In this document: piece by piece, positions 37,191 through 49,352 of the stretch
Numbering within the stretch: the stretch's first letter is position 1
Layout: each line of letters begins with the position of its first letter
Source of the DNA: Sphaerodactylus townsendi
Taxonomy: Eukaryota
DNA length: 64,000 nucleotides
Assembly: GCF_021028975.2 (NCBI RefSeq)
Contig: NC_059436.1
Coordinates: 35,402,001-35,466,000 of the forward strand
Direction of reading: 5' to 3'
The notes under the pieces: model-generated
Databases searched by the model: none
Told to the model about the DNA's origin: nothing
The model's input: only the letters and a program-made list of their open reading frames with translations
Program-made: the position numbers and the translations under genes

Positions 37191-39073
37191 CTATAGATAG
37201 TGCAGAGGCACAGAGGATAGCCTCGTTGAGGGGTGATCACTTTAGGCTCTGAGGAACTTTTAAATTTTACTTAAGTAAAATTTTACTTATGTAAAAACTG
37301 CATACAGTTTGGGAATCATGGTGCAATGCAATGCATACTGAAATGAGCACGTGCAGCTGTAGCCATATGGTGAAAGGATAATATCTGGGATCTTATTCTT
37401 TGAATGTCCGTATGCAAGGGAAAGGAGACCCTTGTCTTGTGAAAGGCCATCTATGTCTATCTCTAATAGGCTGCACATCGGTCCACCTGTTTATGTACAA
37501 CACGCCCCAAATATTTGTGAGCCAATTAATTAAGATAGTATAACTCTCAGGGAAGCCCCGAATCAGGCAATTGTCCTTATTGACTGTATGACTAAAGCAT
37601 CCAATATTAAAAGATATGCATCCTCTATATGTGGAGGTTCTGCTTAGCTCTCATGACTAATAGCCATTGATCTGCAAATCAAATACCCCTTTAAAGCTAT
37701 ATAAGATAGCAATAAGTGATGTGTTGTCCTGTGGCAGGGAGTTCCATAAACTCATCACATACTGTGTGCAGGAGTCTTTCCTCTTCTCCATCTGCAAACT
37801 GGTTTTGTCACTGATCTGAAAGGGAAGGGAAAAAAACCCTCTCAACAGCATCCTTTTATGAATGTAGTTTCCTCACCCTGTCCCAGACTTTTTCTTTAAA
37901 TGTTAAAGCTCCAGTCAGCTCAGCCGTCCCTCATCACCAAGGTGCTTCCAAACTTTGCTGATTTTGGTGGCCTTTCTTCAGCTCTGTGGTGTCTTTTTGA
38001 AAGACGGTCACCAGAATCAAATACTCCCGTCCAAAAATGTGGCCCCCACACCACACGTTTGTATGATCTAACGCTGCCAGTTTCATTCTCCGTCCTTTTA
38101 CTAAAAATGCCTAGTTTTGAACCAGCCTTTCTCATCGATCGCTTGTTCAAGGCCGACTATAGTTCAGCTATATTCTTCTTGAGAAATAATTCTGTGAAAT
38201 GTCTTGTTTTAAACGCTTGGCTTCTTGGAGAAAGGATGAGCAGGGAATGGACACGGGGCTGGAGCGAGGGAGTGAGGGGTGGTAAGTGTCTCAGGCAGCA
38301 GGAAGAGGAGGGTGGCAGGAGGTAGGGGAGGCTCAGCTGTCCCGAAGAGATGCTCCTTCTGCAGCATGTTCGGACTGTCCCCCCCACCCCAAATTAGGCT
38401 GCTGTTAGGAGGTAAGGGAGATGGAGGGAGACCCCGGGCCTCCAAGGGGAGTCAGAAGCTGTAGCTCGTAGTTAAGTGAGACTGTGGCAAGTAAACATTC
38501 CTGAGGAAATGTTCAAAGATGTCAAGTTCTGTTCAATGGGAGACCTAGACTCCTTGGCCTCACTAATGACCTCATTAATCTCCCTCCTCCTTTCTGGCCA
38601 AGGCAGCCTCCACTCTTCCACCTGCAGGACCTTCCAGCTCCTTGTCTTCCCGCCTCCACCTTTTCAAGGACCAAGCTTTGACAGTGGGCATGGTAAGCTT
38701 TGGCCATGTGAGACTTCTGGGGCGGACGGGTGGGACTTGGGGCACATTCTACTCACAGTGGATTGGAGAAGAGTTTTCGGGTCTGGTGACCATTAACGGC
38801 TTAGAATACCTGATGCACCCCTCTTTCCTGCCTCCCTGCCTTGTGCTCTGCGGAGGCACTGCAAGACCATTAGTAATCTGGAGTCAAATGGGGTGGACAA
38901 CAAGAGGACAGGTTCTCCTCTCCCCCTGCCTCCCCATCTGATAGGATTGGCCTTCCCCAAACAGCTTGAATGTATACTTTGGGAAAGGTGGGGAGGGGTA
39001 CAAGAATGAAGGACCTGTCCATCATCTTATGAATTAATGACCTCCAAAATGACCTCTCCTTAACAGCCTAGCT

Positions 39074-39149
39074 CAGGGGTAGGGAACCTGCGGCTCTCCA
39101 GATGTTCAGGAACTACAATTCCCATCAGACAGAGGCTGATGGGAATTGT
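39074..39149. mobile_element. Truncated palindromic hAT MITE
   Basis: Left arm identical to the 20394 element; right arm missing. Confidence 0.75.
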
Positions 39150-39865
39150 GAATTCCCTAATTTATCCTAGGCTTTCCTGGAGACTACCCCTAACTTCCAG
39201 AAGATTAATGGAGATGCACTGCTGACCCAGCAGCTATGCCGTAAGTAGAGCCATGCGTAGCACACGGCGCTCCCTCACGAGCCTTCTGGTCGCAATCAGC
39301 TCCCCCACCCCTCATCCCCTCGAATGGAGTGCATAGGTCATGAACTACCTGGCTCTACAACCCACCGGTGTGTCCAGGACAAAGGGACAAATGGGACTTG
39401 GCCCCCAGGTGAGGATTAGGCCCAGGCAGCTGATGTTCCTTCCTCCTCGCGACGCACGTAGCAGCCAGATGAGAGATCATGCATCACAAGCCTGATGATC
39501 TCTCAGTCTCCCACTCTCCCGCTCTCCCGGATTTCCCCCCGTCCCGCCCTTCTACACGCCCCCATTAGAATCATAATAAAAGGTGCCAGGAACCAGCACG
39601 CGGGAGAGTCGCTAGGAACACGGACACCCGCGCTCCCGCTGCTGGCACTCTCCACCAGATGTTATCACCGCGTCTCGTCTCGTTCTTGCGCTGACCTCGC
39701 GGTCACGACTACACTTATGTCATGCAAACCTAGGGCCCTGGCTTCCTTTATTGAGTCAATCCATCTCATGACGGGTCACTCTTTTCCTATTGTCTTCAAC
39801 GTTTCCTAGCATGAATGTCTTTTCCTGTGGGTCCTTTCCAGTGACTAAAGTACAGTAGCTTCACT

Positions 39866-40125
39866 GTATTGTCGAAGGCTTTTATGACCGGATTCAACTG
39901 GTTGTTGTGGGTTTTCCGGACTGCGTGGCCGTGGTCTGGTAGATCTTGTTCCTAACGTTTTGCCTGCCTCTGTGGCTGGCATCTTCAGAGGTGTATCACA
40001 GAGGAAAGTCAGTAACAGACTTCCCTCTGTGATATACCTCTGAAAATGTCAGCCACAGATGCGAGGCAACGTTCAAGGAATTTCCAGAATCTGGACCAGC
40101 CACAACCTTAACAAACCCACAACAT
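39866..40125. mobile_element. Penelope-like inverted terminal pair
   Basis: - unit at 39866-40010 followed by a + unit at 40012-40125; same family as the 11.7 kb element. Confidence 0.7.
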
Positions 40126-41880
40126 ACAGTTTTGTCATTTTAGTATCTAGCAGCATCATTTACCAGATAAAGCTTTTCTTGGGTTGTACTTCCATCAGGC
40201 TGCAAAGGAGCCTGAACATTCTGTCAAAATTATGTGTACTTTATTTAAAAATATCTGGGGAAAGGCTAGGCTGACAAACTTTGTGTCGGGTTTTATTTGT
40301 GCCGAGGGGCTGAGGAAACACTCAAACATTGTAGATAACATAATGTAAAAGTGTAATGATTCATTAGCAGTTCATAAAGGTCAGCGTCATTTATTCCATC
40401 ATTTAAAAGAGTTGTTGATTATATATGTGGATTAGACACACATGCTGGGCCTCATTTTGTACTTTTGCCCCCCGTTCAAAAAATGTAGGTCTGGCCCTGG
40501 ATGGTCAAATAAAGAGCCTCATTAGTGATCTTTTGATGTGACCTCGTTTAACAAGGGGGGGGGGCGGATCTTGAAGGAAGTCGCCTTTAACGAACTGCTC
40601 TCCGTAAACATTTTCAAGGCGAGTTTGCCTCTTGCCAGCTCATCTGAGGAGAGGAGCCAACCCAAGGCTTTCATTGTGCTTGCCTATATATAGCAAGCCC
40701 TTTGGGGGCAGTTGCAAGGGGGGGGGGCTTGAGCATCTTCCCCGCATCCCCTAATACGTTCCGCCAGTTGCCTCGGCAGCCGGGCCCTTTCCTGCATCCA
40801 GACCCTTTGCAGGAACCGCCAGAGGGAGCAGGGCTGGCAAGGTCCACGTGGCCTCACGCGTGTGCGTGAATGTTTTCCGAGGGGGAGGAGGAGGGAAGAG
40901 GCAAGACGATTGGTGCCTGCCTCAGTTGTTACCTGGCAACACGCATGAGCTTTGTGGTACCCACCAGCCGGCCAGTCTGGCGGGGCTAGAGAGGTGGGGA
41001 AGGGCTTTTGGAGCTGACTGTGCCAGATAAGCATTGGAGGAGGCCGGGCGGCTGAGTCAAACTAGACCCTAACCTATACAATACCTCTGAATCTCATTTC
41101 TTTGGCACGATGGCCTACTGACTAGGGGGAAAAAAGGGACTTTAAAATGTTATGTTGTTTTTGAGACGGAATGGTTGTAAGAAAATGGAGGGTCAAATCA
41201 ATGTTTTTGCTCTCGCTTTCCCCCCCTTTTGGGGGGTTTATTTTCAGTGTTCACTGTAGATGAACAACAGGATCATCTCTAGGACTTTCACAACCCAGAA
41301 CTGGCAACCCTAAGAAGAGTTCCACCCTTCTAAGTCCATTCATATCAATGGATTTAGGAGGGTGTAATTTTTCTTAGGATGACTTTTTTAGACACTTTAT
41401 GCACAGAGCACTGCCTTCAGACCGATCTGCAATTGGTTCCCTTCCAAAACACTGTATCTCCAAACCTGACTCTGCTCTTGCCCTGCTGTAGCATCCGTCT
41501 GCTTGATCCAAAGGCTCTATTCAGTCATACGCAATTTTTTTTGTTTTTTGTTTGCAATCCCATGAATGTGATCCTGTTATCTGAAAGGCCGTTTGCTGAA
41601 GCAGAACTGACTGCCTCAGTTTAGCTTTAGATTGATTTAAAAGAGGATTATATTTTTTTAAAAGTATAGGTCTGTGCGTGGCTATTCACTAGGGCAGCCA
41701 AATGGAACCTCTGTGTGTCAAAAGCAGTGTGCTTCTGAATCCTCTATTGTGGTGGGGCAACGCCAGGGAAAAGCTTTGGGCCTCCTTTCTGAAAACATCT
41801 GTGGGAAACAGAGGGCTGACTTAGATGGACTGTTGTTCTGATACAGCAGAGTTTTTCTAATAAACTAAAGAAGAAACTAT

Positions 41881-42100
41881 GAAGAAGAGGAGTTGGATTT
41901 ATATTCCCCCTTTCTCTCCTGTAGGAGACTCAAAGGGGCTTACAAACTCCTTTCCCTTCCCCTCTCACAGCAAACACCCTGTGAGGTAGGTGGGGCTGAG
42001 AGAACTCAGAAGAACTGTGACTAGCCCAAGGTCACCCAGCTGGCGTGTGTTGGAGTGTACAGGCAAATCTGAATTCCCTAGATAAGCCTCCACAGCTCAA
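41881..42100 (-). mobile_element. Squam3-type SINE, 5'-truncated
   Basis: Tail and CORE present; tRNA head absent. Confidence 0.8.
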
Positions 42101-42325
42101 GAACCTATCAACATAGCAAGTAGCTCAGGTAATTGTGCAGTGGCTCTTCAATGTATACCTTGAATGTATCTTCTTTACTGGGTCCATCAGCCTAGCAAGA
42201 GGCTCAGGTAACTGTGCTGTGGCTCTTGAACTGTGCTGTGGCTCTTGTATACCTTGAATGTATCAATCAGGCAAAAAAAGGCAGTGTGTCAGTAAACACA
42301 GCAAATACCTGCAAGGGAGTGCCAC

Positions 42326-42340
42326 TCAGTAGAGGGCGCT
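42326..42340 (+). promoter_or_regulatory. CTCF-like motif
   Basis: TCAGTAGAGGGCGCT closely follows the CTCF core CCASYAGRKGGCRS. Confidence 0.5.
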
Positions 42341-43254
42341 GTGCAGTGTGAAAGTTGCAAGCAACTTCACAAGAAATGCATTGCTGAATTTGCAAATTAA
42401 TCTGGGGGATGTCGCATGTCACCAACCAGAAAACCTTCTCCTGATATCTCTGGGCATATACAGGGTGGATTTTGCTCCCACACTAAGTAGTCATAGATGG
42501 GACCCTGGACTTTTGGCTCCTGGGCAGGTTTGAACCACAGTACCACTCACTTCAGACATGAAGTGTTGGAATGGTACACACTTGATAGGAGTATCTTTAG
42601 GCAAGTTACCATGCACTGCTGCTCCTCTCCCAAACTTGTTGGGTGATGCTGCTTCAGTCATCAGCGTTACTTTGCTAGATTAGACAGTGTTAGTTCACAT
42701 AAGGTCTGAGTCGGCAGACCATTGTTTCTGTGTTCTTGTTTGCCCCCAGTGCCTCATACTCAGAGGTATACTGCCTCTGGGCATAAGTCCTCATTTAACT
42801 ATCTGGGTTAATTTTGCTATATTTCATAAAATTGTCTCAATCCCTTTTTTCAGAGACATAGAAACTGGTGTCTGAAATCACATGTTGTGGTAGTGAGTTC
42901 CATAAATCTACAAGACACTATGTGGAAAAGCACTTCCTTTTGCCTGTCTTGGCCCTACTGCCAATTGGTTTCATTGGCTAACCTCTTGAACGAGGTGTTG
43001 CAATAAGGAACTACTTGGCTGGTGCCTGGCTTACAGTCCTTCTGTTCAAGCTCACGAGTTCTTCTCTCATCTCATTCACACTCATGGCTTTCCACAACGT
43101 TCTTGCCACATCTCACGTCACCGTCAGCCGTTTTGCGAGTTGAGACACTTCCTCTTTCCACCTTGTCCTAGGGATGTGGGCTCAGAGCAAACTATGGAAG
43201 CACAGAGGGTGGGGGCTGTCTGACCACATCTTTCCTCCCCCCTGTTCAAGCACC

Positions 43255-43822
43255 TAGTCATTACTGGCCCATGGTGTGACATCACATCTCAGGGTTTACT
43301 AGGCGGACTACGTTTATGGGGTGGTTTGCCACTGCCTTCCTCAGTCGTCTACACTTTAGAGCCAGCATGGTGTAGTGGTTAAGAGCAGGTGCACTCTAAT
43401 CTGGAGAACCGGTTTGATTCCCTTCTCTGCCACTTGAGCTGTGAAGGCTTATCTAGTGAACCAGATTAGCTTGTGCACTCCAACACATGCCAGCTGGGTG
43501 ACCTTGGGCTAGTCACAGTTCTTTGGTGCTCTCTCAGGCCCACCCACCTCACAGGGTGTTTGTTGTGGGGAGGGAGGGAGGGAAAGGAGATTGTAAGCCC
43601 CTTTGAGTCTCCTTACAGGAGAGAAAGGGAGAATATAAATCTAAACTCCTCCTCCTCTTCTTCTTCACTGCCAGCAAGCTGGGTTCTCATTTTGCCTTGC
43701 TCAGAAGGATGGAAGGCTGCATCAACCTTTAACCAGCTACCTGAAACTGACTTCCACTGGGATCAAGCTCAGGTCATGAGCAGAGCTTGGACTGCAGCAC
43801 TGCAGTTTACCACTCTGTGCCT
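43255..43822 (-). mobile_element. tRNA-headed SINE (Sauria/Squam-type) interrupted by a Squam3-type SINE (43358-43666, +)
   Basis: - strand head ggcacagagtggtaaactgc...gcttgatccc. The host body is split into 43255-43357 and 43667-43822 around a full Squam3 copy. Confidence 0.7.
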
Positions 43823-44189
43823 TAGCAACCATATAAATGTAATCCTCGGGTTCCTCGGCTTTCATTTTTAAAAACACAGCAACCACACTACTAGTTCTAG
43901 AGGCAATATGGATAACGCCTACTGGAATCTGAAGATCTGGGAGTAAGAGAAAATTCCCCATTGTTCTTCCCCTGCGCTTGGTGCCTACATGTACACAGTC
44001 TGAGGCTCCATTTAGCTCGCACACTTTGTACAGGCCAGCTTTTCATGCTCCAGAAGTTGGGTTGCTTTGGTGGAGTTCTGTTCCCAAAGCTGGCAGACTG
44101 TGTCTGCCCGAGCTTGCAGGGCTAGATGACGCTTCATGCACCACAGAACACTTCAGTTATGTTGCAGCTCCTTGTTAGGATACTGGCAA

Positions 44190-44490
44190 CCCAGTATGAT
44201 TTTCAAGGCAAGAAATTAACAGAGATGATTTGCCATTGTCTCCCTCTGCCTAGAGTAGGGGTGTCCAACTCTGGCACCCCAGATGTTCATGGACTACGAT
44301 TCCCATAAGTCCCTGCCAGCATGGCCAATTGGCAGCGGCTGATGGGAATCGTAGTCCATGAACATCTGGGGTGCCAGAGTTGGACACCCTTGGCCTAGAG
44401 ACTCTGATATTCCTTGGTGATCTCCCATCCAAGTACTAACCAGATCCAACCCTACTTAGCTTCAGAGATCTAATGAGACCTGGGCCATCC
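44190..44490 (-). mobile_element. 5S rRNA-derived SINE interrupted by a palindromic hAT MITE (44256-44392)
   Basis: 44416-44486 is the reverse complement of the 5S internal promoter region (GAAGCTAAG...TGGTTAGTACTTGGATGGGAGA). The MITE TSD is GCCTAGAG. Confidence 0.75.
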
Positions 44491-44987
44491 AGGTCACGGT
44501 GCGGATCTCTCCTGAATGAGCTAAAATTCAGAAGTCCATGTTGTGATTTCTCCACCATCCCAATCAGTTCTGCACCATGCTATATAATCCTGCATCTGCT
44601 GACCATGGAAAGAGGAAAAGGAATTATGGGCAGGGTTTACAAAGAGGCTCTCCATGTGAGGTTCTCTGAGTTTAAATGTATATTCACAGGGTTCAACTGA
44701 AGCAGATCATTGTGTAGAAGTCCTGCATGGCTCCAGAGCTGCCCGCCCACCCCATCATGCCAGGAGAATGTTGTCAGGTGTAGCTCCCATCTGTCCACAG
44801 GGGTCTCCACAGACATAAAGGCCAAAAACTTGCTTTGGTTTTTAAAGTGTTTTTCTTTTTTGCAACGTTGAGCCCCTATTCATGGGTGCACATACAGGAT
44901 TCAGCCGTAGACCTAACATCCCAACAGAAATCAGAGGAGCACCCAGGAAAGTATTCTGGAATGCATCGTTATTTAAGCAAACTTTAC

Positions 44988-46051
44988 CATAAGAACATAA
45001 GAACATAAGAACAAGCCAGCTGGATCAGACCAAAGTCCATCTAGTCCAGCTCTCTGCTACTCGCAGTGGCCCACCAGGTGCCTTTGGGAGCTCACATGTA
45101 GGATGTGAACGCAATGGCCTTCTGCGGCTGTTGCTCCCGATCACCTGGTCTGTTAAGGCATTTGCAATCTCAGATCAAAGAGGATCAAGATTGGTAGCCA
45201 TAAATCGACTTCTCCTCCATAAATCTGTCCAAGCCCCTTTTAAAGCTATCCAGGTTAGTGGCCATCACCACCTCCTGTGGCAGCATATTCCAAACACCAA
45301 TCACACGTTGCGTGAAGAAGTGTTTCCTTTTATTAGTCCTAATTCTTCCCCCCAGCATTTTCAATGAATGCCCCCTGGTTCTAGTATTGTGAGAAAGAGA
45401 GAAAAATTTCTCTCTGTCAACATTTTCTACCCCATGCATAATTTTGTAGACTTCAATCATATCCCCCCTCAGCCGCCTCCTCTCCAAACTAAAGAGTCCC
45501 AAACGCTGCAGCCTCTCCTCATAGGGAAGGTGCTCCAGTCCCTCAATCATCCTTGTTACCCTTCTCTGCACTTTTTCTATCTCCTCAATATCCTTTTTGA
45601 GATGCGGCGACCAGAACTGGACACAGTACTCCAAGTGCAGTCGCACCACTGCTTTATATAAGGGCATGACAATCTTTGCAGTTTTATTATCAATTCCTTT
45701 TCTAATGATCCCCAGCATAGAGTTTGCCTTTTTCACAGCTGCCATGCATTGAGTTGACATTCCCATGGAACTATCAACTAAGACGCCCAAATCCCTTTCC
45801 TGGTCTGTGACTGTTAGCACTGACCCCTGTAGCGTGTATGTGAAGTTTGGATTTTTTGCCCCTATGTGCATCACTTTACATTTTGCTACATTGAACTGCA
45901 TTTGCCATTTCTGAGCCCACTCACCTAATTTATCAAGGTCCGCTTGGAGCTCTTCGCAATCCTTTGTGGTTCTCACCACCCTACATAATTTGGTATCATC
46001 TGCAAACTTGGCCACCACGCTACCCACCCCTACTTCCAGGTCATTTATGAA
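44988..46051 (-). mobile_element. 5'-truncated CR1 LINE with an intact ORF2 C-terminal frame (RT FADD motif to stop at 45185)
   Basis: FINDL...KFADDTKL...WQMQFNVAKCKVMH...LEYCVQFWSP reads without stops; (TTCTTATG)3 tail at 44988-45011. Confidence 0.95.
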
Positions 46052-47172
46052 ATGTGCATGGCCCATTATCCCCTCCTCTTCTTTGACCAGCCAGCTGTCA
46101 ATGTGTAAATGCTTGGGAAACCGGTTTGTCTTCCTCCCCCCCTTCAAAATTGTTCCTGTCCCTGGATTATTTCCTGTTTATGTCCTGTCCTGGTCATCCC
46201 AATGCAACCAGGTGCGGCTTGTTGCAGGCAGGCGACATGCTTTTCTTGGACAGTGAGGTGATATCTTTAATATAAGGACTTTTTAAGATGTCAGTGCTCC
46301 TGATATGGCATGCAAGCTTTCAGGCTACACAGAATGTTTCTCCTGGTTGGGATGTTTAAAAAATTTAGAGGGGGGAATGTTTGTGAGCCAGGGCATGATA
46401 CAAAGCCAAGCCTGTAATTTGATTCAGCCTTAACCATATAAAAGAGGTAGATCTTGCAGACTAATTGAGTTAGAACTGGGCCACGTGCAAAAAATAATTT
46501 TGCTTGCTCAGGTTTGCTGGGTCACGGAAGGTTTTTGCAAAGGCAAAACCTAGTATCCAACACACAGCTGGGATCTAGCAAGACGGGAGCTATCTCTTAG
46601 CCACAGAGGCTCCTGCTGCCATGGGGATACTACTAATGGGCTACCTTGCATGCTTGTTGGCAAGATGACTGAGGTAATGGGTGTGGAGTGCTCCAAATGC
46701 TTCAGATGTTCTGTACGTTGGGATATTATGTATGCAAGAAGAGGCTTCTGGAGGGCCAGCCCAGAAGTCCATCCTAGCCCAACATTCTGGTTTGAACTGT
46801 GGCCAGCCTGATGCTTCCAGGAGGCGAATCAAGAGGAGAGCCTTTCCTTGCTTTCTGCCATTAGCGTTGGCTTTGGAGATTACATTTAGCTATCATGCCT
46901 CATAAGCACCAATGGATCAGAGCAATAGCCCATCTGGAGCAGTAGCCTCCTGTTTCCAGCAGTGGCCAGCCAGATGTTGCCTCTCCCCCAACCCACTCCC
47001 AGATATTCTCAGCGTTTCTCTCCAGCATCGACCATTCAAAGGCAGCTTTGGGATTAATATGTGCGAGTGCGGAGGGGCGTCCTGGTCCCATCGGTCTGAA
47101 GATGGCTGCTTTAAATCATGTGCCCTGAATTGATCCGATTTAATGGGATGCTTGGCACTGAATCTAGCTCAG

Positions 47173-47322
47173 CATACTTTCAAGCACTGCCAGTTCCGTA
47201 CGGGCGATGTTTGCAAAGCGCAAGGACAAAGGATGCTGGCTTTGTTGCTGGGATTTGCCATGGGGCGGGGTTGGGGGGGAGGAGAGGAATGGGAAAAGAA
47301 GAGAAGGGTGTTGCCCTTTGGC
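47173..47322 (+). repeat. Copy 1 of a diverged ~150-bp direct duplication (copy 2 at 48870-49022)
   Basis: Colinear similarity ending in an identical gaatgggaaaagaagagaagggtgttgccctttggc. Confidence 0.85.
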
Positions 47323-48341
47323 CTGCATCCTTTGCGAGCTTCATTGAGCTTGGGTCGCCTGCACTGCTAGCAGGGCCCTTCTGTTTGCCAGACATGCACA
47401 TTTCTTACAGGGCTTTTCTTGCCTGTGGAAACCTGAATTGCTTTAGAATCTGGCGCCATTAAATTGCTCCATCACTAATAGTTACACTTTCTGTTCCTTT
47501 GGTGCCAATGGAGGAAGAAGCAGGCTGGGCAGGCTGGGGAAAGGAGCAGGGAAAGAGAGAGAGGAGGCCACAGATGGGCAAAAATCACACTGTAAAAAAA
47601 AATCTGGTATGGTTCGTATGCTGGCTTTCATTAGCGCTGACAAAGATCTGTGTCCCCCTTTTTTTCATCTGCCAGGATTATTTGGCGAACGATGGGCAAG
47701 GTGTTCTTGGGAATAGCAGCTTTCATATCAGGGAGAACTGGCACTTCCACAGCCAGGGGTGTCACTGAGGGACAGCTGAGTGCGTCAGAGGTTCAATGAG
47801 TATAAAATGAGTAACACTCCTTGGCGGTAGGACAGGGTGCTAAAGTGGTAACAATAAAATAACTCACTCATCACATTTCCATCTTACTTTTCCACCAAGG
47901 AGCCCAGGGAAGCTTATGATTTTATGTCCGCAACAACCTGGGGAGGAAGATTATGTCATGATAGGCTGGCTCGAGGCCGCTGGGACAGGCCTTCGTGACT
48001 CACAGCTGAAGGTGGAAAGTGGGAAACCCCACTTAAAAGGAAATGGGGTAAAAGGCATATTCTGCCTGGCAGCATTTAATCAGCAACCACTGGGTTATTT
48101 TGTTTATTTAGACACCAGTGTGGACCCCAAAGTGGTTTTCAACATACTCCTCCAGTATATCCTCACCACAAAAATCCTGGGAAGTAGGTTTAGCTGCGAG
48201 TCTGTCAAGCACAATGTTTCCAGCAGACTTCTGTGACAGAGTGGAGATGCAAACTTAGATCAGTTTTTAAGCAGCCTTGTATGATAAAAAAACATGGTGC
48301 AATTCTCAAAGAAAGAATATAGAAAATCCAAAGCAGCAGTT

Positions 48342-48639
48342 GAGCAGCAGTGGCATAGCGGTTAAAGCAGGTGTACTCTAATCTGGAGGAACCGAGTTTG
48401 ATTCCCCGCTCTGCCGCTTGAACTGTGGAGGCTTATCTGGGGAATTCAGATTAGCCTGTGCACTCCCACACATGCCAGCTGGGTGACCTTGGGCTAGTCA
48501 CAGTTCTTTGGAGCTCTCTCAGCCCCACCTACCTCACAGGGTGTTTGTCGTGAGGGGGGAAGGGAAAGGAGATTGTAAGACCCTTTGAGTCTCCTGTAGG
48601 AGAAGGGGGGGGGTATAAATCCAACTCTTCTTCTTCTTC
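48342..48639 (+). mobile_element. Squam3-type SINE, full length
   Basis: A/B boxes, CORE and (CTT)n tail. Confidence 0.85.
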
Positions 48640-49189
48640 AAATCGTCAGCACTGAGTCCAGGCCTGGGCAGGTGCTTAGGTTTGGGATGATTTACTTTAT
48701 AATTTTATTTACAGGCCCCTCATATTTGTGAAGACTTTAACTGTGGCTTATCTGTCTTAATCTTAAATCTGGATCTGTTGATATTCCATTCACATATGCG
48801 TGAGAAGCATGAATGCATGCTTGTAGAGGGTTACAGCATAGCTATGCTACAATCATATCGGCTTTACATCATATTTTCAAACATTGCCAAGTTCTGTAGG
48901 ACCTGTGTTTGCAAAGCAGAAGGACAAAGGATTGCTGGCATTGTTGCTGAGATTTTTCCATTGGGGGGGGGGGGCGGGGGGCAGAAGAATGGGAAAAGAA
49001 GAGAAGGGTGTTGCCCTTTGGCATGTAGCTCCCACCCCCACCCCACCCCCACACACACTCACACACTAATCCTGGGAATTTCAATTTGATGAGGGTGCAA
49101 GGAATCCCTGCTACAGATCCCAGTTGCTTGTTTCCATTTTTGCAGAACTGCAATTCCATTCTCAGGGTATGTAAAGTGCTGTCAAGTTG

Positions 49190-49352
49190 CAGCTGGTTTA
49201 TGGTGCCCCCTGTAGGGTTTTCAAGGCACGAGGCAATCGGGTGGTTTGCCATTGCCTGCCTCTGCCTGGACTTTCTGGGTGGTCTCTTATCCAAATACTA
49301 ACCCAAGCGGATTCTGATTAGCTTCCGAGATCTGACAAGATCAGGCTAGCCA
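49190..49352 (-). mobile_element. 5S rRNA-derived SINE
   Basis: 5S-like head at 49278-49350; body (ttttcaaggca...tttgccattg) shared with the 44190 copy. Confidence 0.7.

Noticed and set aside
44416-44486. Possible 5S rRNA gene
   Set aside because: Partial and mutated, with a SINE body attached; not a full ~120-nt gene.
46052-46147. N-terminal part of the 320-aa ORF 45185..46147, suggesting a domesticated RT gene
   Set aside because: It begins at a TTG in flanking DNA fused by chance to a 5'-truncated CR1, and most of the RT domain is missing.
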